From a bacterium (GTDB lineage Bacteria; Patescibacteriota; Doudnabacteria; UBA920; VMFF01): a stretch of DNA of 51,840 nt. The DNA is taken from positions 1 through 51,840 of the forward strand of contig DAIEPO010000002.1 in assembly GCA_027348385.1 (NCBI GenBank). The letters run 5' to 3'. Under the pieces are notes generated by a model. It had not been told where the DNA came from. It was given only the letters and a program-made list of their open reading frames with translations, and searched no databases. Positions 10,065 to 18,626 of the stretch are shown one piece after another; position 1 is the stretch's first letter; each line of letters starts with the position of its first letter. Both the position numbers and the translations under genes were made by a program.

Positions 10065-11344
10065 CGTACTATTAAGAATGTAGTAGTGTTCTTTTTGTTA
10101 TCTTGTAGATCTTGATCTAATATCGCCAAGTCATACATTTCAGATAAGATTTTGGGGCCTAAAATTGCAGTGTTTTTATTTAATTTGCCTAAGCTTAAAG
10201 CTTCAGCAGTTTTTGCCGTATCAATCATTACGCCGATTCCGGTTTTCAATTTTACTTTCGGATATTTTCTGCATAAAGTGTTCTCACATTGTTTGAAAAC
10301 CTGTTCGTGAGCCATGATTGTTTTTATGGAGCCCTTGGCATCTTTGCGTCGCATTAAATAATGCCTGACAAAAATTGAAATACTGTTTTCAACTTCGAAG
10401 CTATGCTTAGAAATTGCCTGCATTGATTCCTCAACTAGGCCTCCTATCGCATTCGCTATTGCAAATACTCCAAAATCTATTCCACCTTTATTCAGTTCGC
10501 TTAATACTTTTTCTGATGTGTAAAGGTATTTGATTTTAAAATGTTTGATGTTTTCAGCTTGAGTGTAGCTAAATAGCGCTTGTTCGCTAAAACTACCCTT
10601 GCCACCCTGTATTCCGTATATAGGAAGTTTTGAATCAGAAGGTAGCAGCTGGCCGTAAATTTTTTTGTATGCAGTCCCTAAATCTAAACGCATTTGCTTA
10701 GTATACGGATTGTAGGTTTGGAGATCTGAGAAAAGTTTCCAGGAATCATTACAAGTTTGCTGCATTATTTCGTGAAGTTTTGTTGCCCCCAATGTATCAA
10801 TTACGGTGGGTTTAAAATGAACGGATTCCAACAACCTGCCCACAAAGTGGGTTAATCCTTGGGAATAAGCTGCTAAGCGATCATGCTCCTTAGGGTTCAA
10901 CTCTATCACGCCAAACCCTTTTGCTCGAAAAAAGTCTTTCCAAAATCTGTACACTTTTTTTGATCCTAAGCTTGACCACATCACAATGGAAAGTCCTTTT
11001 GATTTAGAGCTAAAACTATCTGGGCCGAAAAGAGGATGTGACAATATTGTATTTATTCCTTTCTTCTTCAAATATTTTTTGAAAATTTTGTCTGGGTGAC
11101 TTTTAACAGAAAGCACATCAATAATGGTCTGCCCGGCTTTTAAGTATTTAAGATTCTCTTTTAGCACCTTCTCAAATTTAGAAATCGGAACTGCCATAAA
11201 TATTGTTTCTGCTTGCCATGCTTTTTCAGCAGTAACTGATTTTGGTGAATGTCTATCGTGAATAAGCACGTTAAAATCAGCCCTTAAAATCTTTTCCAGG
11301 ACTTTACCAAACCTACCATGGCCGATAATGCTGACTGTTTTCAT
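10061..11344 (-). CDS. Bifunctional prephenate dehydrogenase (TyrA) / prephenate dehydratase (PheA-like) fusion, no ACT domain
   Basis: N-term GHGRFG Rossmann, HPLFGP, EHDRLAAYSQGLTHF; C-term IQGGKGSFSEQA...AHEQVFKQC...DLQDNKKNTTTFLIV; AAGGA RBS. Confidence 0.85.
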   Translation of the reverse strand: MKTVSIIGHGRFGKVLEKILRADFNVLIHDRHSPKSVTAEKAWQAETIFMAVPISKFEKVLKENLKYLKAGQTIIDVLSVKSHPDKIFKKYLKKKGINTILSHPLFGPDSFSSKSKGLSIVMWSSLGSKKVYRFWKDFFRAKGFGVIELNPKEHDRLAAYSQGLTHFVGRLLESVHFKPTVIDTLGATKLHEIMQQTCNDSWKLFSDLQTYNPYTKQMRLDLGTAYKKIYGQLLPSDSKLPIYGIQGGKGSFSEQALFSYTQAENIKHFKIKYLYTSEKVLSELNKGGIDFGVFAIANAIGGLVEESMQAISKHSFEVENSISIFVRHYLMRRKDAKGSIKTIMAHEQVFKQCENTLCRKYPKVKLKTGIGVMIDTAKTAEALSLGKLNKNTAILGPKILSEMYDLAILDQDLQDNKKNTTTFLIVR

Positions 11345-11354
11345 ATATTTCCTT

Positions 11355-11389
11355 AAAAAAACAACCCTTGGCACGAAGCGAAGGGTTGT
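11355..11389 (-). terminator. Attenuator terminator upstream of tyrA-pheA
   Basis: ACAACCCTT-11nt-AAGGGTTGT-TTTTTT; AGGGTTG inside the leader ORF (11438-11432) is complementary to its 5' arm. Confidence 0.82.
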
Positions 11390-11409
11390 GAATTACTTTC
11401 TCAATTTTC

Positions 11410-11487
11410 TTACTTAAGCAATTGCAAATACCAACCCTGTTTACAGAAGCTGAAGTAATAACCGAAATTTTGAGGTAGATTTTGCAT
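11410..11487 (-). CDS. Phe/Tyr-rich leader peptide 1 (MQNLPQNFGYYFSFCKQGWYLQLLK), leaderless
   Basis: 25-aa ORF with FGYYFSF core; ATG 6 nt after -10 box; upstream of attenuator terminator. Confidence 0.78.
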   Translation of the reverse strand: MQNLPQNFGYYFSFCKQGWYLQLLK

Positions 11488-11493
11488 GTACAA

Positions 11494-11522
11494 ACTATAA
11501 TCTTTCGCTAAGAAAATGTCAA
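11494..11522 (-). promoter_or_regulatory. Sigma70 promoter of the aromatic operon
   Basis: TTGACA(11517-11522)-17nt-TATAGT(11494-11499). Confidence 0.85.
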
Positions 11523-11537
11523 GGAGTATAGTAACAA

Positions 11538-11573
11538 ATTAAAAGACCCCAGAAATTTCTGGGGTCTTTTAAT
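11538..11573. terminator. Intrinsic terminator after jag (perfect 36-bp palindrome)
   Basis: ATTAAAAGACCCCAGAAATTTCTGGGGTCTTTTAAT. Confidence 0.85.
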
Positions 11574-11580
11574 AACTCTT

Positions 11581-12081
11581 TTAAAATCCTTTTTCTTTCG
11601 GCTTTATAACTATCCTTCGATTTGGTTCTTCACCAATGCTTTCTGTTTCAAAATCAAAATCAGCTGACAAAAATGCATGGATCACTCTTCGATCATGTGC
11701 TGGCATTGGTTCTAGTGCAACAGGGCGTCCGGTTCTTTTCAACTGCTCTAAAGCTTTCTTTGCTGTCTCTCTTAAATACCATTCTCTTTTCTTCTTGTAA
11801 TCATCAACATCTAAAGTAAAACGATCAATTGGACCATATCTCTTGTAAGCAATACTATGTATCAAGCTTTGTAAGGAATGCAGGTTGGCTCCGCGCTGAC
11901 CAATCAAAAGGTTTGAATCGGGGGAAGAAATATTAAAAGTAAAACCTTGAACATTTTGCTCAATACTTACCCTTGCTTCTACTCCCATTTTTTCAAGGGC
12001 TTCTTTAATTAAGGCCGCGATTTCCGCGGTCTTAATTTCGTTTCTCTGACCTTGATTTTCTTGGTTATCTTCTAGGTTCAT
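11581..12081 (-). CDS. jag: Jag/KhpB/EloR RNA-binding protein (KH + R3H)
   Basis: LLIGQRGANLHSLQ KH motif, LEPMPAHDRRVIH R3H motif; yidC synteny. Confidence 0.9.
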   Translation of the reverse strand: MNLEDNQENQGQRNEIKTAEIAALIKEALEKMGVEARVSIEQNVQGFTFNISSPDSNLLIGQRGANLHSLQSLIHSIAYKRYGPIDRFTLDVDDYKKKREWYLRETAKKALEQLKRTGRPVALEPMPAHDRRVIHAFLSADFDFETESIGEEPNRRIVIKPKEKGF

Positions 12082-12788
12082 ACAACTTCTGTCTTTGGTT
12101 TATTGCCCTTCATTATATAATATTGCTGGCCAATAGCAAACAAGGTTGTAACTATCCAATACAGTGGCAAACCAGCAGGAAGTTTAATTGATAACAGGAC
12201 AGTTAAAATCGGAAAAACATAAACTGTTTGAATCTGTAATGCTTTCTGAGTCGTATCCATAACAGCACCGCTTTGTGAAGCAACCATCATCTTTGATTGC
12301 ACAAACTGAGCAATGCCCGCAACTACACCAAAAATAATGCTTGGTTTAGATAGATCTACAAGATCAAAAAATCTAGGATTTAAAACTCCTGGGTTATGTA
12401 CCCAAGGATAGAGATATGTTTGTAATTCAGAACCACCGAGACCTAATATGAAGACTTGATACAAAGCAATCAATAAAGGTAGCTGAACCAACAAAGGTAA
12501 ACAAGAACCTAAAGGACTGACCTTATGTTCTTGATACAAAGCCATGATTGCTTGGCTTTGCGCAACCTTGTCATCTTTATGTTTTTCACGAAGATGATTT
12601 AACTTTGGTTGCAGCTCTGTCATTGCTTTCTGTGCTTTCAAAGATTTGTGGAAAGAAGGCAACAACAACAAACGAACAATTACTGTTATTAAAATAATGA
12701 CAACACCAATATCAGGAATATACCGATAGGCGAGGACCATCAGGTTAATTAACGGATCAACTAAAACTATGTGGAATAAATTACCCAT
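12078..12788 (-). CDS. yidC: Membrane protein insertase YidC
   Basis: TVIVRLLLLP, LQPKL, GSCLPLLVQLP, PAGLPLYW. Confidence 0.93.
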   Translation of the reverse strand: MGNLFHIVLVDPLINLMVLAYRYIPDIGVVIILITVIVRLLLLPSFHKSLKAQKAMTELQPKLNHLREKHKDDKVAQSQAIMALYQEHKVSPLGSCLPLLVQLPLLIALYQVFILGLGGSELQTYLYPWVHNPGVLNPRFFDLVDLSKPSIIFGVVAGIAQFVQSKMMVASQSGAVMDTTQKALQIQTVYVFPILTVLLSIKLPAGLPLYWIVTTLFAIGQQYYIMKGNKPKTEVV

Positions 12789-12791
12789 AAT

Positions 12792-13019
12792 TTAGACTAA
12801 ATCTATGCCACCTTGAGACCAAGGATTGCATCTTAATATTCTGTAAAACCCTTTAAAAAGCCCTAAAATACCGTATTTTTCAACAGATTGCTTAGTATAT
12901 TCAGAACAAGAAGGATAGTACTTACAAAAACCATTTGGATGGTTATGCTTAAAAACCCCATGATCCGGAGAAATTGTTTTCTGATATATGGTTATTAACC
13001 CAATAATGATTCTTTTCAT
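12792..13019 (-). CDS. yidD: Membrane protein insertion efficiency factor YidD
   Basis: YQKTISP, CKYYPSCSEY, RILRCNPW. Confidence 0.93.
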   Translation of the reverse strand: MKRIIIGLITIYQKTISPDHGVFKHNHPNGFCKYYPSCSEYTKQSVEKYGILGLFKGFYRILRCNPWSQGGIDLV

Positions 13020-13020
13020 A

Positions 13021-13356
13021 CTATGCTTTTAAAACCTTACCTCTTGTTAACGTGTACTTTAGTTGTTCAACTAACTCCTTGTTTTTAAATCCAGCAGCTT
13101 TTGGTTTTGCAACCAACATATAATCACCAGTAACTAAGCGGGGCAGTGCTAAACGCATTTGTTCGCGCAAAACTCTTTTTACCCTGTTTCTTTCAACTGC
13201 TAATTTTGATATTTTCTTTGAAACAACAAAAGCAGTCCTAGTCTTAGGTGTAGCAACAAATTTAATAACCAGGGCAGGCGTATGCATAGTCAATCCTGTG
13301 CGGTACACCTTTTGTAATTCCCTGGTTTTGTTGATCCTGTTTGCTTTTTTAAGCAT
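13021..13356 (-). CDS. rnpA: Ribonuclease P protein component
   Basis: VSKKISKLAVERNRVKR (RNR motif); synteny. Confidence 0.92.
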   Translation of the reverse strand: MLKKANRINKTRELQKVYRTGLTMHTPALVIKFVATPKTRTAFVVSKKISKLAVERNRVKRVLREQMRLALPRLVTGDYMLVAKPKAAGFKNKELVEQLKYTLTRGKVLKA

Positions 13357-13373
13357 GCAGATTATTCAGAGTG

Positions 13374-13508
13374 TTAAACTGTGAGCTTTTTTCTCTTTTT
13401 TGCACGGCGTCTTGCCAAAACGTTTCTTCCGTTGGTGGTGCGCATACGTTTTCTAAAACCGTGTCTGCGCTTTCTCTTGATTTTCTTTGGCTGATAAGTT
13501 CGTTTCAT
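13374..13508 (-). CDS. rpmH: 50S ribosomal protein L34
   Basis: [44 protein letters not shown]; below ORF-track size cut-off. Confidence 0.97.
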   Translation of the reverse strand: MKRTYQPKKIKRKRRHGFRKRMRTTNGRNVLARRRAKKRKKLTV

Positions 13509-13535
13509 CGTTAAAAGATTAATATTGACCTCTGC

Positions 13536-13564
13536 ATTATACTTTTAATTTAGCTTTTTTTCAA
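13536..13564 (-). promoter_or_regulatory. Sigma70 promoter of rpmH operon
   Basis: TTGAAA-17nt-TATAAT. Confidence 0.75.
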
Positions 13565-13667
13565 GTCCCTGAGGAAGAAAAAAACTTTTTTGAAATATCA
13601 TCAGGATATGCACACGATATTAAAAGTCGCTTTAATTTTGTTCATATTTTAAAGGGATTTTAAATAT

Positions 13668-13696
13668 TTTACATGTTGATAACTACTTGTTAGAAT
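13668..13696 (+). promoter_or_regulatory. dnaA promoter with a DnaA box in the spacer
   Basis: TTTACA-17nt-TAGAAT with TG extension; TGTTGATAA (13674-13682) is a one-mismatch DnaA box. Confidence 0.65.
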
Positions 13697-13739
13697 GCCG
13701 GTATTGAAATAAAACGTGTGTATTTGGAGACCTTTCGTT

Positions 13740-15101
13740 ATGACCAACCAACAACTTTGGCAGGCTATTTTAGGTAATCTAGAAGTATCATTAAGCAAGG
13801 CTAATTTTACTACTTGGTTTAAAAACACAGCTATTCTAGAAAAGAACGATGACCATATCATAGTCAGCGTACCTAATGGTTTCACCAAAGAATGGTTACA
13901 GAATAAATACAACAACGAGGTTATGAAAGCCTTGAAAATGATTGCTCCTGAAGTAAAAGAAGTAAAATACCAGGTTATGGGTAGCAACACACCAAGCCCT
14001 AAGACAAATACAGAAGCAAACCAGAAAACAACCACCCAAGCTCAGACACAAAGCACTCAAAGACCAGCAAGTTCTCAAAATTCTCATGGCTTAAACCCTA
14101 AATATTCTTTTGATACCTTCATAACAGGAAAGGGGAATGAACTTGCCCATGCAGCATGTGCTGCAATCGCAAAAAATCCAGGACAAGTTTACAACCCTCT
14201 TTTTTTGTACGGTGGGGTTGGTCTTGGAAAGACCCATTTAATGCAAGCTGTTGGTCATGAAGTACTAAAAAACAATCCAACTGCAAAAGTTCTGTATGTT
14301 ACAAGCGAAAAATTCACAAATGAGTTTGTTCAAGCAATTAGTTTAGGAAAAGTTGCACAATTTAAAGATCTATACCGCAATGTTGATCTATTAATGATCG
14401 ATGATATTCAATTCTTGGCCGGAAAAGAACAAACCCAGGAAGAATTTTTCCATACTTTTAACACTCTACACCAAAATAACAAGCAAATAATCCTTTCATC
14501 AGACCGCTTACCTAAAGACATCCCAGCGATCGAAGAAAGGCTTGTTTCGCGCTTTGAGTGGGGTATGATAGCAGACATCCAGGCCCCTGATTTTGAGACC
14601 AGATTAGCCATTTTACGCTCAAAAGCTGCTGAAAAACACTATGAAGTAAGCACAGAGGTGTTAACTCATATTGCAGAAACCATCCAAAGCAACATCAGGG
14701 AATTAGAAGGGGCTTTAAACCGTTTGATGGTATATTGTCAGTTAAATAACACTAAACCAACATTAGAACAAATAAAAAGCGTTTTGGTTGGTGTTGCTTC
14801 TGCTAAAAAAAGAGTTGTTTCTGTTAAAAAATTAATGGAGGTGGTTTCTGATTTTTACAACATCACTACAGATGATCTGTTAAAACAATCCAGAAGAAAA
14901 GAATTCGTTAAACCAAGACAAGTTGCAATGTTTTTAATGCGCGAACAACTAGAAAATTCTTTTCCAAGCATTGGTGATCATTTTGGTGGACGCGACCACA
15001 CAACGGTCATGCACGCTGTAGATAAGATTACAAGATTGATGAGCGAGAAGGAATCATTGAAGCAAGAAATAGATTTAATTGTGAATAAGCTGTACATGTA
15101 G
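13740..15101 (+). CDS. dnaA: Chromosomal replication initiator DnaA
   Basis: YNPLFLYGGVGLGKTHL, IDDIQF, RDHTTVMHA. Confidence 0.98.
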   Translation: MTNQQLWQAILGNLEVSLSKANFTTWFKNTAILEKNDDHIIVSVPNGFTKEWLQNKYNNEVMKALKMIAPEVKEVKYQVMGSNTPSPKTNTEANQKTTTQAQTQSTQRPASSQNSHGLNPKYSFDTFITGKGNELAHAACAAIAKNPGQVYNPLFLYGGVGLGKTHLMQAVGHEVLKNNPTAKVLYVTSEKFTNEFVQAISLGKVAQFKDLYRNVDLLMIDDIQFLAGKEQTQEEFFHTFNTLHQNNKQIILSSDRLPKDIPAIEERLVSRFEWGMIADIQAPDFETRLAILRSKAAEKHYEVSTEVLTHIAETIQSNIRELEGALNRLMVYCQLNNTKPTLEQIKSVLVGVASAKKRVVSVKKLMEVVSDFYNITTDDLLKQSRRKEFVKPRQVAMFLMREQLENSFPSIGDHFGGRDHTTVMHAVDKITRLMSEKESLKQEIDLIVNKLYM

Positions 15102-15341
15102 TGTGACAATCTTGTTCCTGAAAAGATGTAATAGCTGTTAAAGAAAAGTTAATAACCAAAAGATTAAAAAAGAAAAAAATAGTTTCAGAAAACAAACCCC
15201 AAGTTGTACACAAAGATATCCAAAAAAAAGAACAAACTTTTTCTAACAAAAACCAAACAGAACAACACAAAAAAAGTTCTCCACCAAATCCACACCCCTT
15301 ATTACTACTACTATATTTATTAAACTATTAAATTAATATAT
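15080..15341. other. Putative oriC with DnaA boxes, DnaA-trios and AT-rich unwinding element
   Basis: TGTGAATAA 15080, TTGTACACA 15204, tandem TTCTCCACC/AAATCCACA 15277-15294, CCCC, TTA-TTA-CTA-CTA-CTA 15299-15313, then AT-rich tract before dnaN. Confidence 0.75.
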
Positions 15342-16436
15342 ATGCGATTAGTCTGTACACAAGAAAATTTAAAAAAAGGTTTAGCAATAACTTCAAGAGT
15401 TTCAAACGGCAGCACAACCCTTCCGGTTTTAAATAATATTCTTTTAAAAACAGAACAAAGCGGCCTTAAACTTTCCTCAACGAATTTAGAAATGGGAGTA
15501 AACACTTGGATTAGATGTAAGGTTGAAGAAGAGGGTGGAATTTCAGTGCCAGCAAAAACAATCAGCGATCTAGTAAACAATCTCCCAAACGACAACATTA
15601 TCCTTTCTGTCGAAGATAATCATTTGTTAATAGAAACCAGTAATTACAAAACTAAAATTAAAGGTTTGGGGCCTGATGAGTTTCCTTTGATTCCTCAAGT
15701 AGATCAACATAATTCCGTTGAAATAGACTCAAAAGACCTTAAAAACAGCATATACCAAACAGTTTTTGCAGCGGCTTACAGTGAAAGTCAGCCGGAAATT
15801 TCTGGGGTTTTGTTTGCTTTTGATGACGCCAGATTAAAACTTGTCGCTACAGACCGATATCGTTTAGCAGAGAAAGAACTTAGTGTTAAGGGGAGTGTTC
15901 AAAAAAATATCATTGTACCAAACAAAACAATTCAAGAACTAGCAAAGATTTTAACAAATACTGACACTCAAACACTTTCAGTTTTTTTCACCCAAAATCA
16001 AGTAATGTTTAAAACCGACGACACAGAATTGACCTCAAGATTAATTGATGGTCAATATCCAGAATACAAAGCAATCGTACCAACCAGTTTTAATACAGAG
16101 ATTGATTTGTCAGTAGAGGATTTAAGCTCAGCAATGCGTACTGCTGGGATATTTACCCAAACTGGTAACAACGTTGCCTTAGAGTTTTCAGAACCCGATC
16201 ATTTGGAGATTAGCGCATCTTCCGGAGATTTAGGAGAAAGCAAAGTAAATGTAGCTTCCGCTGTAAAAGGGGACGCAGGGAAAATAATATTCAACCACAG
16301 ATATGTTCTTGACGCGCTTGCTTCAATAGGAACAAAGAACGTTACTTTCAGAATAGTTAATGAAAACGCACCAGCAGTTTTAGTCAGCAAAGATTTGCCA
16401 GGTTATGTTTACTTGGTAATGCCAATAAAGATATAG
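15342..16436 (+). CDS. dnaN: DNA polymerase III beta clamp
   Basis: STNLE, VATDRYRLA, SRLIDGQYP, YLVMPIK. Confidence 0.97.
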   Translation: MRLVCTQENLKKGLAITSRVSNGSTTLPVLNNILLKTEQSGLKLSSTNLEMGVNTWIRCKVEEEGGISVPAKTISDLVNNLPNDNIILSVEDNHLLIETSNYKTKIKGLGPDEFPLIPQVDQHNSVEIDSKDLKNSIYQTVFAAAYSESQPEISGVLFAFDDARLKLVATDRYRLAEKELSVKGSVQKNIIVPNKTIQELAKILTNTDTQTLSVFFTQNQVMFKTDDTELTSRLIDGQYPEYKAIVPTSFNTEIDLSVEDLSSAMRTAGIFTQTGNNVALEFSEPDHLEISASSGDLGESKVNVASAVKGDAGKIIFNHRYVLDALASIGTKNVTFRIVNENAPAVLVSKDLPGYVYLVMPIKI

Positions 16437-16461
16437 CACAACGAGGGAAGAAAGTTTTGTA

Positions 16462-17541
16462 ATGTATATTAAAAATATCCAGTTAAAAAATTTCCGCAAT
16501 CACCAAGATTTAAACTTGGATTTTACTAATGACTTTGTTGTTTTCCACGGTCCCAATGCAACCGGTAAAACTAACCTTTTAGAATCAATATATTTTCTCT
16601 CACTCTTTAAATCCTTCAGAGACGCCTCAACCTACCTTTTTTCCAAAGGGACTTTTAACCTTCAGTTAAAAGCAGTAATTGAACGTGGGAACAAGGAGCA
16701 TATTTTAGAAGTTTTCTTAGAAAACCGAGGCGGTAAAATCTTTGCTAACTTCAAATTAGACGGTGTCAGAAAGACCAAAAATCAAATAGAAAGCTATATA
16801 ACTGCAGTCATATTTGACCCAACCCACGTTGACCTATTAAACAAAGCACCCGATGACCGCAGAAGATACTTAAATATCTTGCTGTCCCAAAAATCCACAG
16901 AATACATGCAGAGCCTCTACAACTATAAGAAAGTCATTACCCAAAAAAATCAGCTGCTACAAAGCATTAGAAGCGGCAAGGCTTCTCCTTTTGAGCTAAC
17001 TGCTTGGAATGATCAGCTCGCCCTTTTTGGTTCTGAAATAATCGACCACAGAAGACAATATATAAACTACTTAAACCAAACCATTTCTGAAGTCTATGCT
17101 GCAGTCTCTGGTTTTGCCAGACCAATTGATGTTGAATACATTGGGTTAGCCGGAGAGAATAAAAATGAGATCCACGCTAACTTTAAAAAAGCGCTTTTTG
17201 ATAATCAACAAAAAGAAATTATGGCAGGAACTTCCTTAATCGGACCACACCGTGATGACTTTACTTTAAAAAGCGAAGGTTTATATTTGGCACCTTTTTC
17301 TTCTAGAGGAGAACTTCGCTCCCAGGTCCTGTCTTTAAAAATTCTTGAGCTTGAATTCTTAAAAGAAGAACAGGACAATCCAATCCTGCTTTTAGATGAT
17401 GTTCTTTCAGAACTTGATGAAGATCGCAGAGTTTTCTTACTAAAATACTTAAAGGGACGTTTCCAAACATTTATAACCAGCACTGTGCCAGTTGAGATGG
17501 AAGCACAGCATGTTAACCTAAAACAACTAAGCTTAAACTAA
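16462..17541 (+). CDS. recF: DNA replication/repair protein RecF
   Basis: NFRNH, GPNATGKTN, GPHRDD, SRGE, LLLDDVLSELD. Confidence 0.96.
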   Translation: MYIKNIQLKNFRNHQDLNLDFTNDFVVFHGPNATGKTNLLESIYFLSLFKSFRDASTYLFSKGTFNLQLKAVIERGNKEHILEVFLENRGGKIFANFKLDGVRKTKNQIESYITAVIFDPTHVDLLNKAPDDRRRYLNILLSQKSTEYMQSLYNYKKVITQKNQLLQSIRSGKASPFELTAWNDQLALFGSEIIDHRRQYINYLNQTISEVYAAVSGFARPIDVEYIGLAGENKNEIHANFKKALFDNQQKEIMAGTSLIGPHRDDFTLKSEGLYLAPFSSRGELRSQVLSLKILELEFLKEEQDNPILLLDDVLSELDEDRRVFLLKYLKGRFQTFITSTVPVEMEAQHVNLKQLSLN

Positions 17542-17542
17542 A

Positions 17543-17830
17543 ATGCAAAGAATAAACAAAACGCTTTACGCAAATATTCGTAAATACAAAATAGAAGACA
17601 AGGTTAAAGCAACCGAGCTTTTAAAACTTTGGGATAAAGTAATAATAGATTTTATGCCAGACGCAGCTTCTCAGACCATGGTCATAGCGTACGAAAAAGG
17701 GATCTTAAAGGTAGCCGTGCTTTCAAAAGAAATTGCATACCAAATTCATCTCTATCAAAAACGTTTAATAGAGATGCTTAATAACCTACTTGGTCGGCGC
17801 ATGGTTTTTAGAATAGTCTGTGAAGCTTAA
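17543..17830 (+). CDS. DciA (DUF721) family protein
   Basis: 95 aa after recF; W...GILKVAV..S pattern. Confidence 0.7.
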   Translation: MQRINKTLYANIRKYKIEDKVKATELLKLWDKVIIDFMPDAASQTMVIAYEKGILKVAVLSKEIAYQIHLYQKRLIEMLNNLLGRRMVFRIVCEA

Positions 17831-17856
17831 AAAACAAGGCATTTATGCCTTGTTTT
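17831..17856. terminator. Bidirectional terminator
   Basis: AAAACAAGGCAT-tt-ATGCCTTGTTTT between convergent genes. Confidence 0.8.
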
Positions 17857-17857
17857 G

Positions 17858-18397
17858 TTATTCATTGCCTCTTGGTCCATGATATAGACCGGTTTGATTA
17901 ATAATCATCTTCTCTATCTCCCGCGGTTCTGGAACACTTTGGAAAATAAAGTTTTCTTTTTCACCAGCAGTTTGGATTTCTACATTACCATAACCTAAGA
18001 CTGTAGCCCAAAAGCCCCTGACTTCGCTAGTAACGTCTTCAATGTTTGGTAGAGTTAACTCAGAAATACGTTGACTGAAAATCCCTTTTTGCCAAATGTC
18101 TACTATTCTTTTGTTTGTAACGATTTGAACATTCAGATAGTAGATTGTCCAAAGCATGAATAACCCTAGAACTAAAAACATTACGTAAATATTCTTTCCA
18201 AGGTTAACAAAGTTTAAATATGGCATTTCAAAGAGTCTTGGAATAAATTGCGGTGCGTATTTATCAAACAAGAAAAGAACCGCAACAAAGATCAACCAAG
18301 CTAAAACTCTTGTGAACATAAAAAACCAATGCTCACGAACAACAAGGATAATAACCTCATCTTCTTCTTGGCTTGGAAATAGTTTTTTAATATTCAT
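17858..18397 (-). CDS. Membrane protein with bacterial PH (bPH_2) domain
   Basis: REHW, two TM segments, IVTNKRIVD...IEDV...GYGNVEIQTAG. Confidence 0.8.
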   Translation of the reverse strand: MNIKKLFPSQEEDEVIILVVREHWFFMFTRVLAWLIFVAVLFLFDKYAPQFIPRLFEMPYLNFVNLGKNIYVMFLVLGLFMLWTIYYLNVQIVTNKRIVDIWQKGIFSQRISELTLPNIEDVTSEVRGFWATVLGYGNVEIQTAGEKENFIFQSVPEPREIEKMIINQTGLYHGPRGNE

Positions 18398-18401
18398 AAT
18401 A

Positions 18402-18626
18402 TTAAATGCTGTTTAATATGCCAACGCCTTGAGCAGCGATTGTTAAAAAGAAAACTAAATACAAAACCGCAACAGCAAAACTTAGGGCTCTGGACCTACC
18501 ATTTTTAATAAGGACAAAAACTGTTGAAAATCCAAAGAAGGTTATTAACACCACCACAGCGTAAAAAACAAAACCAACTATAGTTTGAGTTAAGGTGCTT
18601 GGATTAAATGTATTAAAGTCTTGCAT
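18402..18626 (-). CDS. Small two-TM hypothetical protein
   Basis: 74-aa hydrophobic ORF tightly packed in operon. Confidence 0.7.
   Translation of the reverse strand: MQDFNTFNPSTLTQTIVGFVFYAVVVLITFFGFSTVFVLIKNGRSRALSFAVAVLYLVFFLTIAAQGVGILNSI

Noticed and set aside
11538..11573. 36-bp perfect palindrome as a mobile-element end or operator
   Set aside because: Position just after the jag stop and its U-tract fit an ordinary intrinsic terminator
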